NCBI GenBank assembly: GCA_963702095.1
Contig: OY969706.1
Span: forward strand, 1,696,001-1,760,000
Origin: Candidatus Bathyarchaeota archaeon
GTDB taxonomy: Archaea; Thermoproteota; Bathyarchaeia; Bathyarchaeales; Bathycorpusculaceae
Direction of reading: 5' to 3'
Length of the DNA stretch: 64,000 nt
The translations under genes were made by a program, and so were the position numbers. How positions within the stretch are numbered: the stretch's first letter is position 1; each line of letters begins with the position of its first letter. The notes under the pieces were generated by a model, which was not told where the DNA came from, did not search any database, and saw only the letters and a list, made by a program, of their open reading frames with translations. Below are positions 42,871 to 52,840 of this stretch, in pieces.

Positions 42871-43791
42871 ATGCACAACGGTGCCCTCTTGGATAAGACA
42901 GACATTATCCTCTGCCAACTTCTCCTAGGCAACTCAAGGATTTCCTACCGTGAACTGGGACAAAAACTGGACCTCTCCGTAACCGCAGTGCATAACCGCA
43001 TTCAAACCCTAATAGAATTAGGCATAATACGCAAGTTTAACACAAGCCTAAGTGTTTTCGCCCAAAACGCCATACACGTGTTGATGTTTGGGCTTTCAAA
43101 AGCCACCTCTGTCTTAGATGTGAAAAACCGCGTTGAGAATCAAGGGTCGATTTACTGGTTGGCAGCCGGCGGCGGAAACATACTATATTTAGGCGCGTAT
43201 TTGAGAAACATCGGGGATTTGGAATTGCTGGTTCGCTTTGTAAAAGAAAAAGCCGAGATCCCCGAGTTAACTGTGGGTTTAATGGGTTCACCTATGCCGC
43301 CCATTCTAAGAAACATTAACTTCAAAAAAATCGATACCAAACTCTGCGACTTAGACTACAAAATCATTCGAGCCCTAAAAGATAACTCACGTAAACCCAC
43401 CTCCGAGATAGCTGAGGAAATCGGTGTATCCACAAAAACCGTTAGACGCCGCCTCGGCATGATGGAGAAGAATTTTCTGGTTCAGTTCTCCATAGAATGG
43501 TACCCGGATGCCTCTAACGATTTACTGAGTGTATTCCACGTTAACATAAAAGACGACGCTAACCCCAATGTTGTAAACGCCATTTTGCAGCAACATTACC
43601 CCAACACATTATTCTACTGGAGCTTCAGCAATATACCGGACAGCTACATCTTTATGATTTGGACGCCGACCAGTAAAGAAGTCCGTGAAGTCCGAGAAGA
43701 CATTGAAAGGAACCCTGCCGTCAAATCAGTCGCCCCCAACGTCATATACACAGGCTACATTTTTTCAACTTGGCGCGACCAAACCCCCTAG
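42871..43791 (+). CDS. Lrp/AsnC family regulator with two tandem HTH units
   Basis: LDKTDIIL...NSRISYRELG...VHNRI and LDYKII..LKDNSRKP..EIA...TVRRRL. Confidence 0.88.
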   Translation: MHNGALLDKTDIILCQLLLGNSRISYRELGQKLDLSVTAVHNRIQTLIELGIIRKFNTSLSVFAQNAIHVLMFGLSKATSVLDVKNRVENQGSIYWLAAGGGNILYLGAYLRNIGDLELLVRFVKEKAEIPELTVGLMGSPMPPILRNINFKKIDTKLCDLDYKIIRALKDNSRKPTSEIAEEIGVSTKTVRRRLGMMEKNFLVQFSIEWYPDASNDLLSVFHVNIKDDANPNVVNAILQQHYPNTLFYWSFSNIPDSYIFMIWTPTSKEVREVREDIERNPAVKSVAPNVIYTGYIFSTWRDQTP

Positions 43792-43810
43792 CTCTTAACG
43801 CCAGATGCAA

Positions 43811-44548
43811 CTATGGGGTTGAGTATTCTATTGCAATGTTGCCGTTGCCAGAGTTAAGCGACAAACTGAGGTTTCCCTCCCCACCCGAAGTAGCGCCCTT
43901 AAGACGGGTTGCCGAATCAGGGCTTGCATCCAAAGTGATTCCCTGATGGGTTATCTTGCCGTTTCCAACGCTGGCGGCAACTTGAAAGAGCGTACCTTGC
44001 GTTAAATCGATTTTGACGTTGCCATTCACTGACATGGCGTCGATTTCGGTGGCGCCGCCGTCTTTGAGGTCTATGTTGCCGTTGCTGGTGGTAGCCACTA
44101 CTTTGGTGTCGTTTAGTTGGGGTTTGATTATGTTGCCGTTTGCGGTGTTTAGGGTCAAGTTGTATGAGCTGGTATTGGGCAAATTGAGGATAAGGTCTGC
44201 CTTATAGTTGCTGGCTTGGTTAATCTGGAGATTGGCGCTGGTTGTTATGGTCGTTGTATTGTCGGTTTTGGTTTCGTTTGTGTATGTCTGTATGTCATTT
44301 AGGTACCCTTCCTGTGCTGTTACGTTGTAGATGACTTCGATTTGGCTGCCGGTTGTCGATTGGATCACTATGTCGCCGTTGAATGTTCCAGCTTGAATTA
44401 CAACGTTTGGCTTGGGCGTGTACTGTGTTTTGTCTTGTCTCTGCGCCAACGGAGCCGTAGCGTGGTATAAAACTGCATAGACACAGACTGACAGAATGGC
44501 GGCTATCACGATGACTGCAAATATGATGCTTCGGGTGGATCGCTTCAC
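43811..44548 (-). CDS. DUF4097-like (adhesin beta-repeat) membrane-anchored protein
   Basis: N-terminal TM; repeated TxNGNI units. Confidence 0.8.
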   Translation of the reverse strand: MKRSTRSIIFAVIVIAAILSVCVYAVLYHATAPLAQRQDKTQYTPKPNVVIQAGTFNGDIVIQSTTGSQIEVIYNVTAQEGYLNDIQTYTNETKTDNTTTITTSANLQINQASNYKADLILNLPNTSSYNLTLNTANGNIIKPQLNDTKVVATTSNGNIDLKDGGATEIDAMSVNGNVKIDLTQGTLFQVAASVGNGKITHQGITLDASPDSATRLKGATSGGEGNLSLSLNSGNGNIAIEYSTP

Positions 44549-44823
44549 TGTTTTTCTATCCAGGAGGTTCTGTTTAGGTCTCTGAACGACTCCGCGGTTT
44601 TAAACCTTCTCCCATAACCGCCCGCATATGTCCCGTTTATTAATCTGGTGTAGGTGAAAGGGGAACTTTTCGGTCTTCACAGTGCACTTTTGTTAACTGA
44701 ACCGTAAACATGAAACTAAATTCCCAAACGACCACTACCAGTTCAGGTACGTAACTATGTTTCGTGGTTACTTAAATCTAAAATCAACCCTAACTAAAAT
44801 CCAGCAAACAAGGAGAACCAAAC

Positions 44824-45570
44824 ATGAATGAATCAGCAATAACAATCAGCAACCTAACCAAAAAATATGAAGACAAAACAGCCCTTGAAAACCTAACCCT
44901 TGAAATCCAAAAAGGCGAACTCTTCGGATTACTTGGACCCAACGGCGCAGGCAAAACCACCGCAATCAGCGTCCTCTGCGGACTTATTAAACCAACCAGC
45001 GGCACAGCGAAAATCTGCGGCTACGACATAGAGAAAGACACCCGGAAAATCAAGGAATTACTCGGCGTCTGCATACAGGAAACCGCCATCTACCCCTATT
45101 TAAGCGGCAAAGAAAACCTTGAACTCTTTGGCAACCTCTACAACATGGACAAAAAAAGCATCCGTGAAAGAAGCAAACTCCTTCTAAACAAAGTCGGCTT
45201 AAGCGAAGATGCCAAACGGGTAACAGCCAAGTACAGCGGCGGCATGAAACGACGCCTAAGCCTTGCACTCGCCCTAATCCATGACCCTGAAATCGCTTTT
45301 CTCGATGAACCCACCGTTGCCATGGACCCGCAGTCTCGGCATGCAGTCTGGGACTTCATAAAAGAACAGAAAGCCAAAGGCAAAACCATCATCTTAACCA
45401 CCCACTACATGGAAGAAGCCGAAGAACTCTGCGACCGCGTGGGCATCATCGACCATGGCAAACTCATCGCCTTGGGTACCCCCAAAGAACTCGTCGCTAA
45501 AGGCAGCGTCAAAAACCTCGAAGACCTCTTCATACAGTTAACGGGCAGAGACATCCGGGGGGACGTGTAA
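44824..45570 (+). CDS. ABC-2 (DrrA-like) exporter ATPase
   Basis: GPNGAGKTT, YSGGMKRR, LDEPT and TTHYMEEAE motifs. Confidence 0.95.
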   Translation: MNESAITISNLTKKYEDKTALENLTLEIQKGELFGLLGPNGAGKTTAISVLCGLIKPTSGTAKICGYDIEKDTRKIKELLGVCIQETAIYPYLSGKENLELFGNLYNMDKKSIRERSKLLLNKVGLSEDAKRVTAKYSGGMKRRLSLALALIHDPEIAFLDEPTVAMDPQSRHAVWDFIKEQKAKGKTIILTTHYMEEAEELCDRVGIIDHGKLIALGTPKELVAKGSVKNLEDLFIQLTGRDIRGDV

Positions 45571-46725
45571 ATGAAGGTTCAACGTGTCTTAGCCATGAGT
45601 AAGAAGGAACTCAAAAAAACCATCCGTGAACCCGCTGTCCTATTCATGATCTTTCTGTTCCCAGTCATCTTCGTCTTCGCTTTCGGCGCATCGTTTGGCG
45701 GCTTCGGAGGGAGCACATCTACAACTTACCAAGTGGGTGTGGTGAATTTTGACCCCAGCGGCCACCAGTCGCAGGTGTTCATCAATGACTTGTTAGCTAC
45801 AAAAATCGTTAACGTCAACGTTTACAGCGACAACACAACGGCTCAGACGGATTTGAGCCAAGGAAAAATGCAGGCTTTAATCCTAATTCCCAGCAGCTTC
45901 ACAAGCAGCATCGACACCTACAACGTTGCCCCCAAAGATGGCAGCCAATGGACCAACACCACTGTCTCGCTGTATCTCGATAAGGGCTCTCTGGTGGCTA
46001 CACAGGCGATTCCACCCATCATCGGGCAAGTAATGAGCGCCATGGTCAACCAGAACCAGCCCTCTCCACAAAGCCCCATCCAACTCCAAACCGCGTCGCT
46101 AATCGAAGTCAAACAAACCTCCGCATTGGACTTCATTGCGCCAGGCATGTTCACGTTCGCCTCAATATTCCTCATCATGATGGTCGCCCAATCCTTCACA
46201 CAAGACCGCGAGAACGGCATGATGAAACGCATACGCATCTCCCCCATCACATCCACCGAATTCATGGGTAGCCTAGTCCTCTCCTACATGGTCATCGCAC
46301 TAATACAGGCAGCAATCCTGTTCGGCATCACCTATGCCTTGGGCTTCCGACCCACAGTTGACACCGCGGTATACGCATTCACCTTCGTTATGGTGCTGAT
46401 ATTTAGCGTCTCAAACATCGGGTTTGGCTTAATCACCGCCACCATCGCAAAATCCTCCAGCGCAGCCACAGGACTAAGCTTCCTCTTTGTGCTACCCCAG
46501 CTGTTCCTTGGCACGTTTGTGAGTGCATCGCTCTCAGGCGGAGCCCAAGTCGCAAGCAACATCGTCCCCAGCCACTACGTCACCGACGCGTTGACATCCC
46601 TGTTCCTCCGAGGTGCAAGCATCGCCAGTCCCAGTGTGCTCCTTGACTTCACAGTCGTCACTGCTTCATGCATAGGCATCCTCGCAGTTGGCATAGTGCT
46701 CTACTCAAAATATTACAAAATCTAA
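45571..46725 (+). CDS. ABC-2 type exporter permease
   Basis: N-terminal TM, extracellular loop, DRENG motif, five further TM helices; abuts the ATPase. Confidence 0.9.
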   Translation: MKVQRVLAMSKKELKKTIREPAVLFMIFLFPVIFVFAFGASFGGFGGSTSTTYQVGVVNFDPSGHQSQVFINDLLATKIVNVNVYSDNTTAQTDLSQGKMQALILIPSSFTSSIDTYNVAPKDGSQWTNTTVSLYLDKGSLVATQAIPPIIGQVMSAMVNQNQPSPQSPIQLQTASLIEVKQTSALDFIAPGMFTFASIFLIMMVAQSFTQDRENGMMKRIRISPITSTEFMGSLVLSYMVIALIQAAILFGITYALGFRPTVDTAVYAFTFVMVLIFSVSNIGFGLITATIAKSSSAATGLSFLFVLPQLFLGTFVSASLSGGAQVASNIVPSHYVTDALTSLFLRGASIASPSVLLDFTVVTASCIGILAVGIVLYSKYYKI

Positions 46726-46849
46726 AACACCCTCTTCTTTTTTGTTACTCTGTTGACGACAAAACTGCTTTTCAGAAGTGAGCAGTGGTTTTCATCCTGT
46801 TTTTGGGTACCTTTAAAGCCTCCTTCTTAACCTTTAGTATTGACTGTTT

Positions 46850-47527
46850 ATGGAGAGGCTTAAACGATACAAGATGGCCATTGTTGCTCTTCTTATTCTC
46901 TTAGCTTTAATGGCAATTTTTTTAGTAGCCCTCAACTACCTTGAGAACCCGCCCAAAGCACCCCAAAACCTCTACCCCGGCGAAGTCCAAAACTACGAAG
47001 GAGAAAACCTCGCTTCCATAGGCGATGTCTATGAAAACGCCGTAAAAGGCACCCAGTACCTCAACAACTCCGACTACCGCCTAACCATCACTGGGTTAGT
47101 TAACCAGAACCTTTCCTTAACCTATGACGAGGTAGTCAATGGCTCGCAGAGTTACCAAAAAGTAGTCAACCTCTACTGCGTAGAAGGCTGGAACGCGACA
47201 ATTCTCTGGGAAGGAGTTCTCGTCGATGACCTGCTTAACGAGGCAGGTGTGAACCCCAGCGCGGTAGCTGTCATCTTTTATGCTTCCGACGGCTACTCTA
47301 CCTCGCTGCCGCTGGACTACATCAGAAACAACCACATACTCCTAGCTTACAAAATGAACGGACTTACGATTCCCCCTGAACGGGGCTACCCCTTCCAGTT
47401 GGTCGCGGAAAGCCAATACGGCTACAAATGGATAAAATGGGTAACCCACATCGAAGTAACCGCTAATCCTGACTACCGGGGTTACTGGGAAAGCCGCGGC
47501 TACCCCAACAACGCCACCCTCCGCTAG
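46850..47527 (+). CDS. Membrane-anchored molybdopterin oxidoreductase (sulfite oxidase/MsrP-like)
   Basis: LYCVEGW Mo-ligand Cys, DGYSTSLPL, GYP, YGYKWIKW and GYWE.RGY motifs. Confidence 0.9.
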   Translation: MERLKRYKMAIVALLILLALMAIFLVALNYLENPPKAPQNLYPGEVQNYEGENLASIGDVYENAVKGTQYLNNSDYRLTITGLVNQNLSLTYDEVVNGSQSYQKVVNLYCVEGWNATILWEGVLVDDLLNEAGVNPSAVAVIFYASDGYSTSLPLDYIRNNHILLAYKMNGLTIPPERGYPFQLVAESQYGYKWIKWVTHIEVTANPDYRGYWESRGYPNNATLR

Positions 47528-47931
47528 CAGGGGGATCCAAGAACTTTTTCCTAACGCCTGATTGCAAAAGGTACCCGACAACTATTGCACTGTAAATTAT
47601 CTCTGCTGGCGCTGCAGACTTTGGGATACCTGGTACGCTGGTTAACTCTAGAAGTGTCAGCGAATCAGTGGCGATAACGAAAAAAGATACAGCCACGGTG
47701 CCAACCCAACCTGTCCTCTTACCCTGCCAAAGATAAACTGCAAACACCAAAGTTAACACCCCATAAGCCACAGTGTAAACATCGTAGATAGCGGTTGTGG
47801 GAAGAAACGCAAAGTTCTCGTATGCAAGCAATAGGGCTCCGAAAAAGGCGTGGATTACGCCGATCAGCAACTAAGATGGCTACGTCGATGCTTCTGTCCC
47901 GAATCGTTGCTGGCGGTCCTTTAACGCTCAC
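47463..47931 (-). CDS. Small 4-TM membrane protein, frameshifted near 47870; true 3' end uncertain
   Basis: N-terminus MSVKGPPATIRDRSIDVAILV continues as LIGVIHAFFG in another frame. Confidence 0.55.
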
Positions 47932-48022
47932 TTACACCACGCTCTTAGCTATTGTAGCCGAAAGCAAAATAGCTTCGCAAATACGACCAAGCGAATCATA
48001 TCAAGCATTTGCCAGTGTCAGC

Positions 48023-48403
48023 TTAGACTTTCCGGTTGCCCTTTTTAGAGGCTGGTTTCATCTCGATTATTTTAGATAAAATGTCGATGAAAAGTTCAAT
48101 ACGGTCTCTTGTCCGCCCCAAATCCGCCATAGCCGTGATGGTTGTTACAGGCGTTTCCCCTTTTATCATCATGCGGCTGGTTTTTGGGTCCTCTACTTTA
48201 ACCTCGACAAGGAGCGTGGAGCCGTAAGATAGGAAGCCTCCTTTGGTTTTGATTTTTAGCGTGTGTGCCTCTTCATTTTTCTCCTCGATTTTCCACTTTA
48301 GAGCCTCAGTTGCTGTGGGGATGGCTGCCCAAACCTTTTCTATGGGATAGTCGATTTCGAATTTTTCGTTTTCTTCACGCAGGTAAGCCATGGTCGTCAC
48401 CAT
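48023..48403 (-). CDS. Hypothetical protein
   Basis: 126-aa ORF with alpha/beta pattern. Confidence 0.7.
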   Translation of the reverse strand: MVTTMAYLREENEKFEIDYPIEKVWAAIPTATEALKWKIEEKNEEAHTLKIKTKGGFLSYGSTLLVEVKVEDPKTSRMMIKGETPVTTITAMADLGRTRDRIELFIDILSKIIEMKPASKKGNRKV

Positions 48404-48497
48404 TACTGTTTAGTGTACATGCAGTGCCCCTAATTAAATATCAAAATTGCGTTTAGAACAAAGTTGGGTCGATTTGTTTTGCAGGGTTTTTGTTTTT

Positions 48498-48725
48498 TCT
48501 CTTTATGTGGGTGTGGCGTTTTATGGGATGCCACAAGACTGCAAGTGTGGGCGGCTGCTTTTTTGGGTTGCAACGTTTTTCTATGCCTGTTTCGGTGTGG
48601 GATACTTGTTTTTCTTCACATGTGTTGCATGGTTCCATATAAAGCCGCAACGGTGTGGATGTGAATGCATGTATCGTTTGTTTTTTAGGCGTAAGTCAGC
48701 GAACAGCAATGGGCAGTAGCATACC
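48498..48725 (+). repeat. Dispersed intergenic repeat, copy C
   Basis: CTTTATGTGGGTGTGGCG...CCACAAGACTGCAA...GCATGTATCGTTTG...CAGCGAACAGCAA; the 3' extension is shared with copy A. Confidence 0.85.
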
Positions 48726-48874
48726 GGCAATAACCGCACAAAAAAAACCCGCCACCCACTTCCATGCTTGCCTATCCCCACTTTTGCCACTGTTTTCTTA
48801 ACCGCTAAAGTTAAAGCCAACCCAACAAATAACATAGAACGCACCCAAGCCGAAAAATAGAAAATTGGCGTAGT

Positions 48875-48952
48875 GGGGCCCTCGGCTAGCTTGGTTCAGG
48901 CTTGTAGCCTCGGGCGCTATAGACCCCGGTTCAAATCCGGGGGGCCCCACCA
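48875..48952 (+). tRNA. tRNA-Pro(CGG), intronless, CCA encoded
   Basis: Acceptor GGGGCCC/GGGCCCC-A-CCA, anticodon arm GTAGC-CTCGGGC-GCTAT, T arm CCCGG-TTCAAAT-CCGGG. Confidence 0.93.
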
Positions 48953-49038
48953 TTTGGTTCTTGATTTCCTGCGAAACATGCTCTGACGACGGTTTTCGTC
49001 AAAAAAACCTAAATCTAAAGATTACTAAGACTTCCCTT

Positions 49039-49779
49039 ATGAGCGCAGGCATCGAAGCTCTCTCTAAAATCTTAAAGGACCAAACCAGAAGACAAGCCAT
49101 TACTCTGCTCAAAGAACACGGAGGCTTAACATACACTGACATGATGGATGCCCTCAACATAGTCAGCACGGGAACACTGAATTATCACCTAAAAGTGTTA
49201 GGCGATTTACTAACAAAAAATGACAGCGGACGGTACATGCTCTCAGAGAAGGGGGAGCTTGCCTTCAGAATGATGCAGTTGTTTCCGGCTGAAAACGATG
49301 TCCAACTTAGAAAAAGAAGGCAAAAGCAGTTCTGGGCCGCTGCGGCAGTCAGTCAAGTCATCTATTTTGTCAGCGTCTTAGCTCTCTACACACGGGGATA
49401 TTTCGATGTTGGCAATTTGGTTATGTATACTGTGTGGTTTTTCGGCGGTCTGGTTTTAGCTTATTTAGGTTTCCGAATGCAGGATAAGCCGCTTGTACTT
49501 GGCTCGGAAGAAGAGAGAAGGCGATTTAGGATTGTTTATCCCATGGCTGGTGCCACAGCGGGTTTAATAGTGGGTTTCCTTGGACCGGTCGTCGTAAGCG
49601 TCATTTCGTTCAGTACAGGTGGACCCAACCTTATAGCAAATGCAGATACTGAAGACGCCCTTTTAATCATTACAGTGGCAGTGGCTTTGGGAGTTGTTTT
49701 AGGGTATTGGCTGGGTAAAAGAAAAGATTTTCGAAAGCCAAAATGGATGATAAAGAGCGATGAGAAATTTGGGTTTTAG
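49039..49779 (+). CDS. Winged-helix (ArsR-like) regulator with C-terminal TM helices
   Basis: ILKDQTRRQAI...LTYTD...STGTLNYHLKVL...YMLSEKG followed by four TM segments. Confidence 0.82.
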   Translation: MSAGIEALSKILKDQTRRQAITLLKEHGGLTYTDMMDALNIVSTGTLNYHLKVLGDLLTKNDSGRYMLSEKGELAFRMMQLFPAENDVQLRKRRQKQFWAAAAVSQVIYFVSVLALYTRGYFDVGNLVMYTVWFFGGLVLAYLGFRMQDKPLVLGSEEERRRFRIVYPMAGATAGLIVGFLGPVVVSVISFSTGGPNLIANADTEDALLIITVAVALGVVLGYWLGKRKDFRKPKWMIKSDEKFGF

Positions 49780-49908
49780 GTCGTGCTCCTCACAAAGTCT
49801 CTGATGAGTCAATTTAACGTGTTTTCTTTGAAAAAGCCTTTGCATTTTTATTCTGTTCACATTTGGAGAGCACCTGCATGAATTAGACGTTTTTTTGTGA
49901 CCTGACCC

Positions 49909-49941
49909 ATAGACCCCGGTTCAAATCCGGGAAGCCCGCCA
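49909..49941 (+). repeat. Duplicate of the tRNA-Pro 3' end (att-like)
   Basis: ATAGACCCCGGTTCAAATCCGGG identical to the tRNA, followed by degenerate AAGCCCGCCA. Confidence 0.85.
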
Positions 49942-50011
49942 TGCATTTTCTAGTTTTTTTAAGCGGCAACCCTTAAGTATTCATTTGCTTCATTTTAATA
50001 TAGTGAAGATA

Positions 50012-50830
50012 TTGCCCACAACCTTAACAACCAGAGTCGAAGATGATCTCGCCAAACTCATCGACAAGGTTTCCGAAGAGGAAGGAATGGACAGGTCAAC
50101 CGTTATACGAAGGTTTCTTATGAAAGCAGCCAAGGACTGGCTGATCGAAAAGAGCTTGGATGAATACGAAGAAGGCAGAATAACGCTGTGGCAGGCAGCT
50201 AGAAAATGTGGCTTGTCGGTTTGGGAAATGATGGATGAGGCAAAAAGAAGAGAAGTGCATGTTCCTTATACTCTGGCTGAACTTAGGGAAGATTTGAAAG
50301 GCTTACAGAACGGCCGCCTAGTGCCAAGTGTCGTCTCAAACTCAACGCCTCTTATTTATTTAGCTAAAATAGGCAAACTTGATCTTCTAAGAGTACTTTT
50401 CGGAGAAATCCTTATCCCAAAAGAAGTATGGATTGAGGTAGTGGAAAAGGGGAAATCGCTTGGACGAAAAGACGCTTATGCCGTGGAAAACGCGGTAGCG
50501 CAAGGCTGGATAAAAGTTGCAGACGCTGACCCCATTGAGATGCCGATAGAGTTAGATAAGGGCGAAGAAGAGGCACTCTCCCTTGCAAAGCAGTTGAGTT
50601 TGGAGACGGTACTAATCGATGAGGTGTCGGCTCGTTCTGCCGCACGATTGCTGGGTTTAACGCCTCGGGGAACTGTTTTCGTTTTGCTTATGGCTCTTAA
50701 GGAGAGAAAAATCGTGTTTGATGAGTTTCTGCAAGCGCTTGATCGGTTGATAGATGAAGGCTTTAGGCTCAAAGAAGAAGTGTACGTTCAAGCAATCAGA
50801 GAAGCAACAAAATTAACGAAGGAAAAATAG
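50012..50830 (+). CDS. Toxin-antitoxin module: RHH/UPF0175-like antitoxin plus DUF3368-like PIN toxin, in one frame as assembled
   Basis: DRSTVIR and ITLWQAARKCGLS (antitoxin); VSNSTPLI, LDKGEEEAL and LIDE..AR (PIN); toxin GTG at 50321. Confidence 0.85.
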   Translation: MPTTLTTRVEDDLAKLIDKVSEEEGMDRSTVIRRFLMKAAKDWLIEKSLDEYEEGRITLWQAARKCGLSVWEMMDEAKRREVHVPYTLAELREDLKGLQNGRLVPSVVSNSTPLIYLAKIGKLDLLRVLFGEILIPKEVWIEVVEKGKSLGRKDAYAVENAVAQGWIKVADADPIEMPIELDKGEEEALSLAKQLSLETVLIDEVSARSAARLLGLTPRGTVFVLLMALKERKIVFDEFLQALDRLIDEGFRLKEEVYVQAIREATKLTKEK

Positions 50831-50936
50831 CCTAACCTTTCCTTAGCGCTTAATTTTTTCTTACCTCTTTCCAACTGCTTAGACAAATGTAGATCCGAAA
50901 ATTTACGCATTTCTATCAATTGATGATGTCTTGATT

Positions 50937-50988
50937 AGGCTTGTAGCCTGTCGCCATGGCACTGATTCAAATCCGGGAAGCCCCACCA
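50937..50988 (+). repeat. Second, more decayed copy of the tRNA-Pro 3' two-thirds
   Basis: AGGCTTGTAGCCT...TTCAAATCCGGGAAGCCCCACCA. Confidence 0.75.
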
Positions 50989-51244
50989 ATTGCCTTGGCA
51001 TTAGCTTTAAGGTTTAAGCGTTTTTTTAGAATACATCGTATAGGCTACGGAGTGGTAAGTGTTGTTTCTTTCGGTAGCCAAGCTCAGTTCAAAGCAGAGT
51101 TTGTGAAAAGCAGAAGCGTTCCTTTAGAATACAGGCGGTAAGCAACATTAAGTAATAGCGTGCCGTTTATAGTAGATATAGACGAAAGTTTCCTTGCCAT
51201 AGCGTAAAGGCGGGCAGCATCTATTTCCGATTAAGGGGATTAAC

Positions 51245-51727
51245 TTGAAAACAGACGACATTTTACTTGAACTCAACAGAGCAGCCGCCGATTATATGCG
51301 GCATATTCCTCCATTCAAGTATAGGAACAAATCGTACCATTTACTTGACAATTACGTCGCAACACCCCCAATGAAGTGCGATTTATGCGGTAACTATCCA
51401 GAATTAGAGATTTCAATCATCGAAAGCCATAATGGCCATACCCTACACTTAGGGAACGCTTGCATTGATCGTTTGACGGGACAGAACGTTTCAGAATGGA
51501 TGAGCAATTTTAGGAAAAAACGAGAAAACATTATGGCAAACAGAAAATGCATCGAGCGATTAACAACAATTTTAGAGGCGAGCACCAGAAATTCTCAAAT
51601 GCAAATAACTAAGGAAGATTCTAAAAGAATCCAATTACTCCTTGAACAGATGACTAAAGGTGAAAATCTCACGGTGAACCAGCAGGAAACAGCAGACGCC
51701 TATTTGACCCTAACAGTCACGGCATAG
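51245..51727 (+). CDS. Hypothetical protein with putative Zn site
   Basis: CDLCG...HLGNAC followed by a helical C-terminus. Confidence 0.65.
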   Translation: MKTDDILLELNRAAADYMRHIPPFKYRNKSYHLLDNYVATPPMKCDLCGNYPELEISIIESHNGHTLHLGNACIDRLTGQNVSEWMSNFRKKRENIMANRKCIERLTTILEASTRNSQMQITKEDSKRIQLLLEQMTKGENLTVNQQETADAYLTLTVTA

Positions 51728-51746
51728 AGCGCTTGGAATTTAAGGT

Positions 51747-52711
51747 TTAAATGTTGACGTGAAATGCCCAATGTATGTATGAGGTTATGTCTCTTGAAAG
51801 CACCAGAGAAGGTTCAACGTAGCAGTGCAGGCTGCATTTTTGGCAGTTTTCTATTTTTTTCCAGTCAAACCCCGAAAGTGCACTTTTAATTTCGCTCTCA
51901 AAAACAGATAAGCTACTCGCATAGTCATTGTGGACATAACAAGGCAAAACCAGGTTTCCATGGGGGTCAATGTTTATCATAGTCCAGGGTTTGCATTGCC
52001 AGTTTTTCTCTTTAGCATCACTTTGAGGTAACCACTCAAGTTGGCAAGGGGGTAACCGCGCCGTTTCATTTCAACGAGACGATGCGCGACTTTCGGTATT
52101 TTACCGTTAACATCAGAGGAGGTGCTTGCATTACAGGATTCATGGGCTACCGCGACGGATATTTTTGTTCCCAACTCTTTAGCCAACTCAACTAAGCTTT
52201 CGATTTCGTCAACGTTTTCAGCCATCACCGTTGTGTTAATTGTTACAGGAACTCTTTTTTTCGCCGCACATATGCACTCTACTGCTTTCCTAAAGCTTCC
52301 CCCGACCCCCCGAATGTAATCATGTGTTTTTTCTAACCCATCCAACGAAACGTAAACCACACCATTAATGTAGGGAGCTATCTCGTCTATTCTGGATTTA
52401 AGCAGAGTACCATTTGTTATTAGGCTGGTATGCAGGGGCAGAGAACGGGAAAAAGCAAGAATATCTGCTAAGTCTTTTCTGAGTAGCGGTTCACCCCCTT
52501 CAAAGGCGACTCCGCAAGCCCCAGAATTGTAGATCTGCTTTAGAATTGCTTTTTCCTGCTCTAAACTGGAATCGGGGCTGGGGCGCTTCCAAAAGGGACA
52601 CATTTTACATTTTAAATTACAGTTGTAAGTTAATTTATGCCCACAGAAAAATGGGGCTCTAACCCCGCAAAAGTTCGAGATTAATGCACAGTAAATTCTT
52701 AACCCTAACAA
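51747..52711 (-). CDS. Radical SAM/SPASM-twitch protein (PTO1314-like); frameshift near 52000
   Basis: CNLKCKMC, GGEPLLR, TNG and VSLDG; the C-terminal G.LVLPC...CQKCSLHC is in the next frame. Confidence 0.85.
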
Positions 52712-52840
52712 AACAGGCGATATGTACTGGCGAAAAGTTTTTCTTTATGGATTTCAGGCATGTAACAATGTTTTTCCTTGAATGATTACTATAAAACACT
52801 TCATGGGAAATCTTGGAATTTCGGCCTTTTTTAGGCTTTT

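Noticed and set aside
14057-48725. Dispersed repeats as a CRISPR array
   Set aside because: Copies are ~200 bp, kilobases apart, diverged and in both orientations; no repeat-spacer periodicity and no cas genes
49985-50830. Apparent natural antitoxin-PIN toxin fusion protein
   Set aside because: A TAG at 50319-50321 overlaps the toxin GTG (TAGTG), the usual coupled two-gene layout; one indel just upstream restores it, and indels are common in this assembly
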